From assembly GCA_010093705.1 (NCBI GenBank), contig MU006095.1, forward strand, positions 1,157,016 through 1,221,015: a DNA stretch of 64,000 nt. Reading direction: 5' to 3'. The notes beneath the pieces are model-generated. The model saw only the letters and a list, made by a program, of their open reading frames with translations. It searched no databases and was not told where the DNA came from. Made by a program: the position numbers and the translations under genes. Shown here piece after piece: positions 37,736-50,466 of the stretch. Within the stretch, counting starts at the first letter, position 1, and each line of letters begins with the position of its first letter. Origin of the DNA: Patellaria atrata CBS 101060 (lineage: Eukaryota).

Positions 37736-38773
37736 TGTTACAACGGGAGTTTATACTTATAAAGACAAAACAAGACAAGTCTAGAAACGCGCTGTTACGG
37801 CCACAGAACGCAACAGCGAGCAGTGGGCGAGTGGGAGGAGGAAGACAACCACTCGGCACAACCACGGGAAGAGTCAGTGATATGGAGATCACGTGACTTG
37901 AACGTTTGGACGTTTGGTCGCAGGGAAACAACCAGACGACCAGAACGACCAAACTACCAACAGGAAATGGGACGGTGAAGAAGGAATACTTAAGGACGCT
38001 CCTTTACGCATGTATTTAGATTCTTCGTAGTTCTTCTTACCAATATATCTTTCTATAAGATCGGATGTTACGGTCTACGATTTAACTCTACTTTGCCACG
38101 CTGTTTCCATACAGTACGCTTTGTCTCTAGTTGTGAGCCTTGCCCAAAGAGTTAAGGACTCAGCAAATTATATCGTTAATTTGAAGTGCCTAACTCACAC
38201 GACCTCCTATCATTAACAGAACCTACCTTGAGGTTGATCACGTTAGTGAGAAGCCTGGCGCGTTTATAGACTTGTCTTGTTTTGTCTCGATAAGTATAGA
38301 CTCTCGTTGTAACACGCGCCAGGCTTCTCACTAACGTGATCAACCTCAAGGTAGGTTCTGTTAATGATAGGAGGTCATGTGAGTTAGGCACTTCAAATTA
38401 ACGATATAACTTGCTGAGTCCTTAACTCTTTGGGCAAGGCTCACAACTAGAGACAAAGAGTACTGTATGGAAACAGCGTGGCAAAGTAGAGTTAAGTCGT
38501 AGACCGTAACATCCAGTCTTACAGAAAGATATGTTGGTAAGATTAGAGAGAAGAACTACGAAGAATCTAAATATATGCGCAAAGAGCGTCCTTAAGTATT
38601 CCTTCTTCACCATCCCATTTCCTGTTGGTCGTTTGGTCGTCTGGTAGTCTCGACGACCGAGCGACCGAACGTCCAGATCACGTGATCCCTGGTCACTTAC
38701 TCTTGCCCGCAGATCTCCCGGGTAGTTCCCCTCATCCACCGTCTACGTCCCTTTACAACTTGTGGCCGTAACA
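37736..38773 (-). mobile_element. Solo LTR (long family), interrupted by a same-family LTR
   Basis: TGTTAC...GTAACA termini, TSD TATAA at 37731-35 and 38774-78. Confidence 0.9.
37793..38314 (+). mobile_element. Solo LTR (long family) nested in opposite orientation
   Basis: TGTTACGG...GTTGTAACA termini, TSD CGCGC at 37788-92 and 38315-19. Confidence 0.9.
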
Positions 38774-38937
38774 TATAAATAAGTTTTTAATCTATATTTG
38801 TTTTTTTAATTAATTATAAATTAATTACTTTAAAAATATAGCTAATTTTTTGAAAGATTATATAAATAAGTTCTATTTAATTTCAATATTATAATTATAA
38901 TTAAAATATAATTTTTTAATTAATTTAAATTGTTATA
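38774..38937. repeat. Extremely AT-rich, probably RIP-degraded repeat relic (continuous with ~37625-37735)
   Basis: Near absence of C/G and excess TpA, flanked by LTRs. Confidence 0.6.
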
Positions 38938-39120
38938 TATCACAGCGAGTATCTTCGATACGTAGCATGGGTCAAATCAGTACTCCATTGACTAAGAACA
39001 ACAAGTTGAGGAGAGAAAGCTATTTACAATTAGGGGAGAGAAATATTCCCATGCCAAGGCTCGGGCCGACTAGCTAGCCCGTGGTAGCCCGAGCCGCTAC
39101 TGCGATCATAGATCGTGACA
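38938..39120 (-). mobile_element. Second copy of the short solo LTR, inverted relative to 37268-37456
   Basis: Reverse-complement match along its length; left terminus mutated to TATCAC; TSD not clean. Confidence 0.85.
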
Positions 39121-39292
39121 ATATGCCGAGTTTATCCTCTTAGCGCCTACGTCAGCTGAGTTTTTAGGACTCACCAGTAACCCGAGCTCACTCACTCCTA
39201 GTTATAGCTCTACAGACTTCGAATTTCAAAATGTAGCTCTCGTACCTCCTATTCCCCAGGAACACAAATCTCAGCAGAGAGCGAAAATCAAG

Positions 39293-40429
39293 ATGCCCAA
39301 CCCACCTCCGGATATCTCCCCACCCCCCTCTTACACCACTCTCCCCCTAACAACCCTTAAACTCTCGCATCATCCTCTCTCTTCCCCAACAGCAACCCCC
39401 ATAGTCATCGTCTCCCTCTCGCGGCCCGGCGCTCATAATGCCTTTACCAACACCATGATGCTAGAGCTCGAGCAAGTGTACAGCTATTTCGACGTCGATG
39501 ATAGGGTCCGCTGCATCGTTTTGACAGGGGAGGGTAGGATATTTTGCGCGGGGGCGGATTTGACGCCTGAGCATGGATTCAAGGGGGGATTGGAGAGGGT
39601 GAATGATCATAGGGATGGGTAGGTAATTTCCATCATTATGGGCTGGAAGAATAGAGGTTGCGTGAGGAGCTAGGCGAAGGATGTAGCCAGTGAATGGAGG
39701 TAAGATAGGGGTACGTGTATGCATTCAGCTGACGATGAGTTAAACAGAGGCGGCCGTATCGCTCTCGCAATCCACAACTGCCGCAAACCTACCATCGGCG
39801 CACTCCAGGGCTCCGCTGTTGGGATTGGAATCACAATGACTCTTCCCATGAGCATTCGAATCGCTTATTCTGCCGCAAAGATCGGGTTTGTGTTCGCTCG
39901 ACGGGGTCTAGTGATGGAAGCATGCAGTTCCTTCTTTCTACCTCGTCTAATTAGCTTTTCTCGGGCTATGCATCTTATCACGACTGGGGCAACCTATCGT
40001 GCTGATGACAAGCTGCTGGAGAACTTGTTTAGTGAAACGCTCGATTCGCCAGATAAGGTTTTGCCGAGGGCGTTGGAGATCGCGGAAGAGGTGGCAAAGA
40101 ATACGAGTACGGTGAGTACGTACTTGATGAAGGAAATGATGTATAGGGATACGGGAAGTCCGGAAGGCCAGCATTTGCTAGATTCGAAGATTTTGTATGA
40201 TCTGTTCCAGAGTCCGTAAGTAGCGTCTTGTTCTTCTTCTGGATAGCAATAAAATTAATGATAAAACAGGGATAATAAGGAGGGTGTGAGGGCCTTCTTG
40301 GAGAAACGAGATCCCAAATTCTCCGATACAGTAGAGACGTTTGCACCTGATGCATATCCTTGGTGGGAACCAGTTGACGTCTTGCGGAGAGCGAAGCCTA
40401 AAGGGTATGCTTGGAAACCTAAGCTGTGA
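39293..40429 (+). CDS. Enoyl-CoA hydratase/isomerase, probably peroxisomal
   Basis: LSRPGAHNAF, FCAGADL and AVGIGITMTLPM motifs; spliced end WKPKL*. Confidence 0.92.
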
Positions 40430-40603
40430 GATTAGACGTGAAAATATAGATTAGTCATGAAATCAAGATATAGTGCTCCAGTCCTAGATCGATTTTCAAG
40501 GTTCATCATTTGTATTTTGTTACTTTCAGAGTATTTGAAAGCTATGCCGAATTCCCATCATAACCACACCTGCAAGTGAACTGTCCATGAATGAAATACA
40601 CGC

Positions 40604-41524
40604 TCAATAGAAAGTGTTTGGCCTGGTAGCGCTGAAGATCCTCCTGGTTGATCTCTTGGCGATGCGATGGGGGAGAGGGAACTTGAGATCCTTCTCGAGG
40701 AGCTGCTTAATATACGGGCGTCTGATGTCGACAGTCTTCTCGACCTCAATAACCTTGAGAATCTACAAGCTCAACGTAAGCATTGTTCATAGTCTGGAAA
40801 TTGTTTATACTTACGTGGATCGATCGGAAACGGGATCGATGCCTGGCAGCCATATCCTGATAAAGGGCCTCAACTGCATCTGTCCGCGACAGCTCACGGT
40901 ACTCTTTGTACATGTTGTGTGTACCGGAGCGCGAGTCGTATCGAATCCAGATACCAAAGTTCTTGACTTTCTGTGGGCGCTTCTCGTGGATCTGATACCG
41001 CTTAGTATTTCTTCAATCCCTAGTTCAAAGGCGACGACTTAAACCCACCTCATTGACCGTAACGATCTCACCGGTTGTCTTCTTGACCTTCCTTAGCTTG
41101 GAAAGGAAATACCAGAATCGTGATTTGGCAACGACTTGGTTAGGAGCAAAGATTCGCATGCGGTAGAGCTTGGGCGTCGGGTTTGTCTCTGTGGGCAGAT
41201 GACGCCCGATCACCTGGTATTCCTGAAGACGACCTACGAAAATTCTAATCAGTTCAAATTCTTGAGAAAGCGCTGTTCTCTAGATTCCATGGGTGGATTG
41301 CGAGATTATTCCTTGGGCACGCGATGCATGTCTATTCCTAGCATGACAGCGTAGTATATATACGTCGTGTTCACATTCTAATTCCATTGAATATTCACTC
41401 CATTGCTGATACCCTTTGCTTGCGTCTGTACGGTGTTGTGGTATCATAAAGTGACGTTCCAGGTTGACCGCTTCGAGGTTGTTTCCATCGGGAGTGAGAG
41501 AATGAAGAAAATGCGCTTACCCAT
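40604..41524 (-). CDS. RPL20: 60S ribosomal protein eL20 (L18a)
   Basis: [16 protein letters not shown]...[20 protein letters not shown]...SATRPNTFY*. Confidence 0.96.
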
Positions 41525-41969
41525 CTAAAAGAATGTCAGTTATAGCTTGAAAAGAGAATAAGGATCAAGTGCAATCTCACCTTATGTTTTCTGTTGTCGT
41601 TCGTCGGGGATGGTCGTCGTCGGCTTGAAAATGAAGTTGGTCTACTTGCGAATTCGCGGTTGTGGGTGACCAATTGCTCGTTACGAAATTTAGCCGAAGA
41701 GCCGCATCTTATAGGCGGGCAGAACAACAAGTAGCCGAGCCTTGGGAATGAATGTCAACAATACAACTTTCCTTCTTCAGGATAAATTCTCTTTAGCTGG
41801 GCCGACTTTTGGTGGACTTAATTCCTTGGATCACTGCAAACATGCTTTGATCTATCAATTACTCTCGTTTTGTCGTACTGTCATACCCACATGGACGTGT
41901 GTTGACAGCAAGAATTGCTTTGGTTAATCTAGGTACTCCAGAAATTTTGCTAAAGAACCGACGTAGACA

Positions 41970-43698
41970 ATGTCCAAGCTGTTTGAAGAATTCAGGACTG
42001 CTATGAACGATTGCAACGGCAATCTACTCTCGCAATGTATCACACCAATAAACCCTTCATATGATTCAGACCGACTACAATCTTTCTATGAAGCATCAGA
42101 CGCCTCGGGGGTCGAAACTGACATCCGATACGAGATTATCTATCACAGAGATATCGATCTTCCGAAGGATGAAAAGAGAATATGGCTCGATATATTCGTG
42201 TTATACTGGAAAGCTGTAGCCGTGATGCAAACTAGTGAAGACTTTATGCACACAGGTATCGCGACGACCAATTGGAATAAAGTCTATGTTGTTTGGAAAG
42301 AGGTAGCAAATGCGGTTCTTCAGGGTTTTCAGAAGGAGTTCATCCATGTATGGGCTATACCGTGCCTATATGTGGTGGGCAAGTACCTTAGAGTATTCGC
42401 AATCAAGGCCGACAGACAGTTCGCAGATTTGCCAACAAATGGTTTCCAAAATGCTTTACTAAATGCTTTCGGTGATCTAATCGGTAAGCACGATAATCTG
42501 GAGGATTCAGCAAGACAAATCAACAGGATATTCAGTCTTTGTATTGGTGATAGGTATGTAGCGATATTATACTAACTTTGGACTACTTGTACTGAGAACG
42601 TGATAGAAATTCACTTGACGTCTCGCGTAAATGGGCTATCTACTACACAGCGAATTTGTTATTCAAGACATATTTCAAGTTGAGCTCTTTCAACCTTGCA
42701 AAGAATATCCTCAAATCATTCGCAGCAGCCAAGGATGATCTACCTCCTCTAGGATCATTTCCTAAAGCTCAACAAGTGACCTTTCTGTACCACGCTGGCA
42801 TTGTATATTGCATAGAAGAGGACTACAGCAAAGTAGAATCTCCAGGTACTTTTTGATCGAAAATAGCTAACATACTCTCTATCTAGGCCGAAGAACACCT
42901 CTTCGAAGCATTCCGCCAATGCCACAAGGATGCGCACAGGAACAAAGAGTAGGTATTCTGAAACCCAGGTTCATCCAGCGTCCACATTACTAATCATATT
43001 TCAAGGCTAATACTAACCTATCTGATCCCCATTCACCTACTCACCTCTCACCAGATACCTTCAGCTGCGCTCTTAGCGTCTTATCCCCGTATCCAATCCT
43101 TGCTCGGTCCTATCATAACTGCCGTCCGCCAAGGGGATCTGAAGACATTTGATGCCACCATGAGGAGAGAACTCGTTAACCTTACAAGACTCCGGATCTT
43201 TCTAACGGTTGAGCGAAGTCGTGACATCCTTATCCGGAACCTGATACGCAAGGTATACCTTCTTGGCGGTTATGAGGATCTTAGAGAAGGTCAAACTGAA
43301 GCAGACCGTGTACTGCGAAGTCGCATTCCTATTTCGGAAATCCAGGCCGCATTACATTTCAGCCTTGGATACGAAGAAGATATGCTAGATTCCGACGAGG
43401 TGGAGCAACTTCTCGCCAATATGATATACAAGGTTTGTAATCTCCTCTCATTTGTCTTCTCACATGATCGCGCGAAAGGGTGGCGTTTCTGCCTGACGTC
43501 CTGGCTACCTTCCTCGGCTAGCGACACGTCAACCCCATCAAAATGCGACCGTACAGAACTTTACGCGTCGCATATTCGATTCACACCCTAGTACAAGGCT
43601 GACAGCTTCTGCAGAATCATATGAAAGGCTACATCGCTCGAGACCGTGGAATCCTTGTCCTGAACAAGAAAGGAGCTTTCCCCGGCACAGGGGCCTAG
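41970..43698 (+). CDS. CSN12: PCI-domain protein Csn12/PCID2-like, multi-exon
   Basis: LYVVGKYLRVFAIKAD, LLFKTYFKL and LLANMIYK|NHMKGYI motifs. Confidence 0.85.
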
Positions 43699-45316
43699 AT
43701 TAACCCACACATTGACTCTAAGGTAGGATACAGAGTAAGACCTTCAGGAGCTCAGGAACACCGATTTTTGTACAGTAAATAAGCCCACAATTGCAAGCAG
43801 ATTGTTGAAACTCAGCCTGATATGTTCAACATCGGCATTCGTACTGGATCACACCAAAAGTTATCACAACAGCCTTTATCAAGATATCCATGGATTACAC
43901 CACTTGCTCCTTAAGACTCTTCCCTCGCTAATAGATACCCAACTGCCCAATCTTGCCCTTCCACAACTCTAACCTACTTTATCCGACCAACACGCCTCCC
44001 CAATCATCACCCTACCGCCCGTCATGCCCTCAAAAGTATCACCCGCCCAGACCCCGATCAAAAACTAAGGCAGTGTTCAGCCTATCTCACACCACCTCCC
44101 TTCCTCACTCCTACCTGGTGCGTGTAGTACCTTCCATAACCCCCTTACACCCTGCATCCTCCCGCCTCCTGTACTCTAACCTGCGTGCAGTAGAGGTCTG
44201 CAATAAATCCCACGACCCACCCCCGTCTTCCCATGATGACTCACCCTATCGTAATCGTATATTAACAAACCATCCCATCATAACCCGCTATTCAGTACTA
44301 TAGAAACCAGCAGGACATGAATCTCCTAATTATGAAGACGACTCCCATCTGTTTCACAACACAATACAAAACAAGACATAAGAACCCAATTCAATAACCT
44401 GCATACAATTCCGTTAGCAGCTAAAAAAGAAAGAAAAAAAGGGTCCTAGCCTGCAGAACCCTCTCCCCTCCCCACCGACAATGAGACACTAGTTTACACT
44501 TGAAACATGGATTCGAGTTATATGCTGTGGCAGTGTGGGAGAATCCATTTCAAAGATAGTCAGTTCTATATTGTGTTCGGTTCCCGACTTTTGCGTTTCT
44601 GCGCGGTTGCGATCAGCTCTGTCGATACCTTAATGATGGGTGTGTGATATGGAGTCAGTCTTGAGAGTGTGATGCACCTGTATGTGAATTGTAGCATACC
44701 CTCAATGTAAACGACAGAGTGTGTATTTTCCGATTAAGGGTGTTCTCTCTCACGTGTGCAAGTGAAATTAGATATGAGCTACATCAGGTAGAAATATTCT
44801 TTTCTCCGCAAGATCTCCATATCTATCCAAACCAACAGCGGACACATTTAAGATGCCTAACTCGACTCACAACACTAAGCCGTTGACAAGGGAAGAAAGA
44901 ACAAAACAATTACATCGATGAGACACCTTCCAGTGCAAAAAGAGGTATCGCACAATTTTCTCTTTGAGCGCGGACCCAGACAATTTGATGTCCGCAGTAT
45001 TCAGCCCGCTTACGCATCTATCCAGAAGCGGCCGAAACAAGTGAGTAATAGTACATGATATCGCTATCATCCAAAGAACGCCATGCAAGAAAACACAAAA
45101 ACCATGGGTATAAGTATAGGACAAGAATCGAAACCGGATCAGTCGAGTTAGGCTGAACGAGAGTGCTGAATGGTATGATAGGTAAGACGGTTGCAGGATG
45201 TAGAGAAACGAAGATGAGACGATGAGTTGTTCGTAACGGTAGAAGAAGAGGAGATGTGGTAGAGATGGAAAGGGTGAGTTGTGATTGCGTGGTGGACGCG
45301 TGGAGTTGATAGATGC

Positions 45317-46323
45317 CTAGCGTGGAGATCTAGTGCTTGCAATATCGTCCTGTAGGCGGCGAAAACACGTCAGCTTGATTACAAATATATTCAGAATTTC
45401 AACAATGAGTAGAACGTTTCTCCAAATGGAACTTACCATGTGATTCACCATCGCAACGAACAAGTCGAAGAACAGTTTCCCACCCGCTTCCATCTCATTC
45501 TGCATCGTACCGCTTCGCTTGAAGGTATGTCTGCTTCGAATGATCAGAGCGAGGTAATGTGATCGTAATTTTGCATCGTTGTCAGGTGTGTTTGCGTAAG
45601 CGTATCGAGCGCTGGTGAGAATGGTGCTGCATTGAACACCAGATTGTAGGCCTTGCTTTCGAAGAGCAAGCTTCTTGAGTTCATCGAGACCATACCTTTC
45701 AGCTGTGCACTGTAAAGGAACTTAGTATACGTGCATGTCGCGATGTCCAGAGCAAACCTACGTAGATGATGGTATCCTTCAATATTGGCACACCAACTCC
45801 ATCAATGTAGACTACAGACTCAGCTCCGCCATTGTTTGCATCTTCCAGCACCCAAGTACTTCGTCGTTTGTCATATTCTAGCTTGGGATAGTAATCGCCT
45901 TTGTATAAATATTCAAGAATGGAGGAGAAAATCTCGGGCTGTTCGTCAGGGAGATCGATACGTTTGGAGGCAGACTCGAAGAACTGCCCACGGCACGCAG
46001 CTAGAAAGTATGGAGAGTGACAGAGGACATCCTCATGGGCTGCAAATAGTCGTTGTTCGGTACCCACGCAAAGTGTAACGATTGCGCTGGTTAACGTCCT
46101 TTAGATATGTTAGTTGGGAACCTTGAGACGAGAGAAACTGAAGAGAAACTTACGGGCTCTGATGAGCTTTAGATAGAGACTGTTTCTCAACCTTCTCTTC
46201 TCTTCTAGATGTTGATCCATCTCTGAACGATCCTGTCGCTTTTCTCTTGCTAGACGACTTTCCAGCACGATACTTCGAAAAGCTCTCATTATGATGTCTG
46301 GCCTTATGTCCAGAGCTGAACAT
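45317..46323 (-). CDS. Conserved fungal BTB/POZ-domain protein, multi-exon
   Basis: IVTLCVGTEQRLFAAHEDVL...IDLPDEQPEIFSSILEYLYKGDY. Confidence 0.9.
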
Positions 46324-47831
46324 TCTGATTTTATAGAATTAGGAGTTTTGATAGTGCAATAAAGACGAAATATGGGAAATGCTAGATGGGATGTTGAGCT
46401 TTTATATTGAACGACTGTAACAAGGCAACAGGAGAGGGTTGACAAGATGCAAAGGAAATCTTGAGGCAACAACTTCGAAAAGCGAAGGCAGAGATGGAAA
46501 AGGTCTCATCAAGGGGCCATCGAACAAATATATAGTTTATCGGCTCTATCTATCCAAACCCTTGACGGAGGCCGGGGAGCAGAAAGTGGCTCACTCGCGG
46601 GAGACGTGATTGGGCGCGGTCAACGTGTCGGGAAGCAACGCGTTATCACGGGACTTTGGTTCCCGTGATTGACTCATTTAAATTGAAATCTTCGAGGTTA
46701 CACCACTACACGGTATTAGCGTTAATTATCGCCGCTTTCGTACAAGTGCAGGTGCTCTTGCAGTTCGCTTCGTTGCCTTGTGAGACTGGAACCAAGGGGT
46801 CGGTACGTATGGTTACTCCAACATGTTCAAGCAATAACATCTGTATTATTCCGATACATACTGAAAAAGCAATTGATCATATCTAGTTTCAAGAGTATTT
46901 GGTATATCAAGTTGTGTATCAGGCGACGCGGCGTCGATATGGAGGCATCTAGAGCAATATGAGCAATGTAGGCGGTATTAGAGTAACAGAAAATCGTTGT
47001 CGCACCAAAACCGATAATATAGCCTTGTGTGCAACAACTGGGCATCACCCCCTCAGTCTTGCTTTTTGCCCACAGACCCTAGAACCTGGTGCGCGGAGTC
47101 GGATAATATCGCAAAAGGTTAGCAAGCAACGACTTGTTTGACTTGTGGCCGGCCTCGTCGGACGAGTGGCAAGTTTATTGGACCGTTCACAGTGGCTTGC
47201 TAAAGACGACAATCACAACTCGTGGCACGGAAACGAGGTAGAAAGCTCATAAAAACAGCCTCAACATTGAGGGGATAAAGTAGATAAACTATTGTATGAT
47301 GTGAAATGTCTGTCTGAGACCAATTGAGAGATGAAGCAAAACTTCTGATGATGATGAAGATGTGAACTTTTTCATGATAATGGAGTACATAGTAGGAGCG
47401 CAACCCTTGCTTGCCACGCTAACCCCCCAACACTTTGACATCAAGCTAACTGTTGTTAGTCAGGGACAACCCTTCCTGAAGTCCCCACCTAGAGCGCCGA
47501 GAAACGCCCCTTTTTCGTAAAACCGTCGATGTAGAAAATGTGATGCATCTCCTCACGGTAAGTTAGTTAGGACGTATAATTCCATCGACGACATGATACG
47601 ACGCTCAAAAGTAATCCCACTGATATAATAATATCAGTGTGCAGCCGTGGAAGCGCTCGGCTCTCTAGTCTCCGCGCGCTTTCGTTTCCTCTGACCATCG
47701 CCCGTTTCCTTTACAGCCGTTAGCAAGGTACCATCTTCTCAATCACATCAAATAGAGGAGTAGCATCCATACCTCGTTCTTTCTCCTCTCCTCGCTTTGC
47801 TCAATTTGGCGTTTCATAGCCATGGAGAATT

Positions 47832-48437
47832 CTACGACAAACCTCCCACCCCCGGAAACACTCCAACGCATCCCATATGGGCCGCCAACCTGGTGATGTG
47901 AAGGTTCATGTAATTTCTGATATATTGTTGGAGCGGTCCTTCTGTCTCTTCATGCTTTTTGTACATCTGTTCGGCAATGATGAAGAAGATGGCGGCTGAA
48001 AAGGGCTCACAGGCCGTCAAGCATCGTGTCAGGAATGGCTTGATGCTCATCAGGCCCAGAGTGTGAGCCATGCAATATGCGTCCAGCTTATCCAACGCCG
48101 CGCGAAGTTTAGCATCCTGGTTTGCAAAACTGAGAGGGAGGACTTTGACATCTGGTGGTGTGTTATAGAACCTGTAGAGGAATTTCAAGATGATGACAAA
48201 CGACGAGATATTCCCAGGGATATGAAGCGGGTTGTTGTTCCCTGATTCCTTCAATTCTAGCTCTTCTAGGCACGAAGGTATCCGGTCTAGGATGGACCGA
48301 TGTACTTTGAGTGGTGTGGATTCTGTTCCCACTATAACTTCTACAATGTCACCATGGAGCACTTGAATGAAATCGTCGATTCTGTTGAAAGTTTCCATCT
48401 TGAATCTGTGCTTTCTGAAGTTAAAACAGAATGACAT
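47832..48437 (-). CDS. Divergent BTB/POZ-like protein, possibly frameshifted at the 3' end
   Basis: IVEVIVGTESTPLKVHRSIL, FVIILKFLY and AYCMAHTLGL patterns. Confidence 0.6.
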   Translation of the reverse strand: MSFCFNFRKHRFKMETFNRIDDFIQVLHGDIVEVIVGTESTPLKVHRSILDRIPSCLEELELKESGNNNPLHIPGNISSFVIILKFLYRFYNTPPDVKVLPLSFANQDAKLRAALDKLDAYCMAHTLGLMSIKPFLTRCLTACEPFSAAIFFIIAEQMYKKHEETEGPLQQYIRNYMNLHITRLAAHMGCVGVFPGVGGLS

Positions 48438-49108
48438 GACAGCTTGACTGCACTCACTTGAGTGACTCCGTATAGAAGCTATCGAAGCTTGCTAGATCGA
48501 CGGTGGTAGTGGCCGAGAGAGCGTGCGTTTCTATTTATCATGAGTGATGACGTTACAGATATGCTACGAAGTGATTGACACAACACGTACCGTGCTTTAA
48601 TCCAATGGTGAAGCAATATCAACCAAGAGGCCAACCAGAACCCGTCAGTCTGTGAAGCAAGAATCTAGACTGGGGACCGATGTGGAAAATTTCAGATGCA
48701 ATGTCACGCTGGCTAAGAAAGATGTGAATGATGGGAGATGGGACCGAATGAAAACCAGATCAAGGTACAAGAGCTAGAAGGGCTGATGATGTGTGGAAAA
48801 AGTTGAAATGCAGTGGAATTGGTTAAATGATATAGATGTTCGAAGACGGAAAGGAACAGAGATATATATACCGTCGCCACGAGCGTCGTTGGTTGGATTT
48901 CACCTGACGTGCTTGAAAACAGACACGCGGTAGCCTTAATTTGTTTGTACACTACAGTAGATCAGCCAACGGCGTGATAGGAGGTGATTGCAAACTCTGA
49001 GAACGGGATGAGCTAGCGATACCTGCAGAGCATAGTATAGAAGTAGAAGCAGTAAATGAAAGTTCTATAAATTGCTTATGTTCCCTATCGCGAACCTATC
49101 TCTGTCTC

Positions 49109-50466
49109 CTAATTCAACGACTCACAAGGAAAGTGAAACCCTTCATCTTCAAGAAGCGGCTCCTTCCTCGACCGAAACCCCCTGGAGCAAGACTTCGGCG
49201 GCGGTCTAACATTCCCTCCAAGCTTTATAACAGCATCATAAAGCTGCACCGCCAAGCTCTGAGTGGGATCTCTCTGTAAGTTTGCCAATTGAAGAACACA
49301 CAACGCCAACGGGCCGTTCAAATCCGAGTAATTCTCGTAGACCATTTCCGCGAGTGCAATCTTGAACTCCATCTCGTACGAATCCCCTTCAATTAGTAAG
49401 AGAACCTCTTCAACAACAGCGAGGCACAGGTTAGGAACACTGAATTTGTGGCCCGTGCTGTGGATATCGGCTGCTAGGTAAAGCTGCAACATCTTGTGGT
49501 ACGCTGATCGAAAATCAATATCTAGAATGCGAGGTTCTGGTCTCTTGTGCGTTAATTTATTAACTAATTCTAGTTGATGGGTAATCATATATTTCGAGAT
49601 CCTGTCTTCAGCCAGTACCCGTGCTATATCGTTCCTGTATCGAGCGTTGTCAGTCAAGTTTTTCGCGTGCCGATGGAGTTTATATGATAAACGAACCTCG
49701 TTACAATACAAAAGGCAGAGCACCGCGTTTGAGTACTTGAAGGAAGTGAAGAAGGTACATTAAGCTAGCTCGATTTGCGAGTCGCAGACTGACGAAGCTT
49801 TAGAGCGTATCAAGCAATAATTGAACCTCTCCATCTCCATCCGGTGACGCCGTAACACGTCGAATATCTCCCGAGCTGAATAGAACTCAATGGCTATTGC
49901 CTAGCAAATCCAATGGAAACCCTTAGACTTGAATCTAAAATGCGAAGCTCGGATGGTCCCACTTCAGGAACATATCGCCCGTCTCATCCGACAAAGATAC
50001 GTGTAGTAAGCTGACATGCCTAAGAACGAGAGGCATATAGAATACTAAATCTAGGTGAAATCTACGAAGCATTGCGAGTTCTATTAGTCTTGATATGGTT
50101 TCCTTGCCGTGGGTCTCGATGTGAGTGGTCAACTTGTTCATATAGTCCGTGGCCTCCCATAGCTTGGGTATTGGTCGGAACATGGAGCGGGTTACGCAAA
50201 GTGGATCTTGATCTTGACAGAAGGTTAAATCCACATAAGGGAGCAAACTAGGCAACATCAAGCTGCGAGTTGTTAGCAGATGTGAGTGATATACGGGCTA
50301 TATGTTACTTTTCTTTGAATCTATTGCTTGACATAGTCCCAGGATTTATGACTGTTGATTCGATGTTTTCCGGGCTACTCTCGAAAACAGGAAACTGGGA
50401 GCCGGCGACTAAAAGGGTTGTAGGATTGAACCAGCGGGCTGCGAGGATAATCTCTCTGTGCGTCAT
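49109..50466 (-). CDS. Hypothetical multi-exon protein with a weak BTB-like C-terminal half
   Basis: Consecutive minus-strand ORFs with splice signals; VLCLLY...MLQLYLAAD pattern; boundaries uncertain. Confidence 0.45.

Noticed and set aside
41235..41520. snoRNA in the long RPL20 intron
   Set aside because: Only a short stem; no convincing C/D or H/ACA box set
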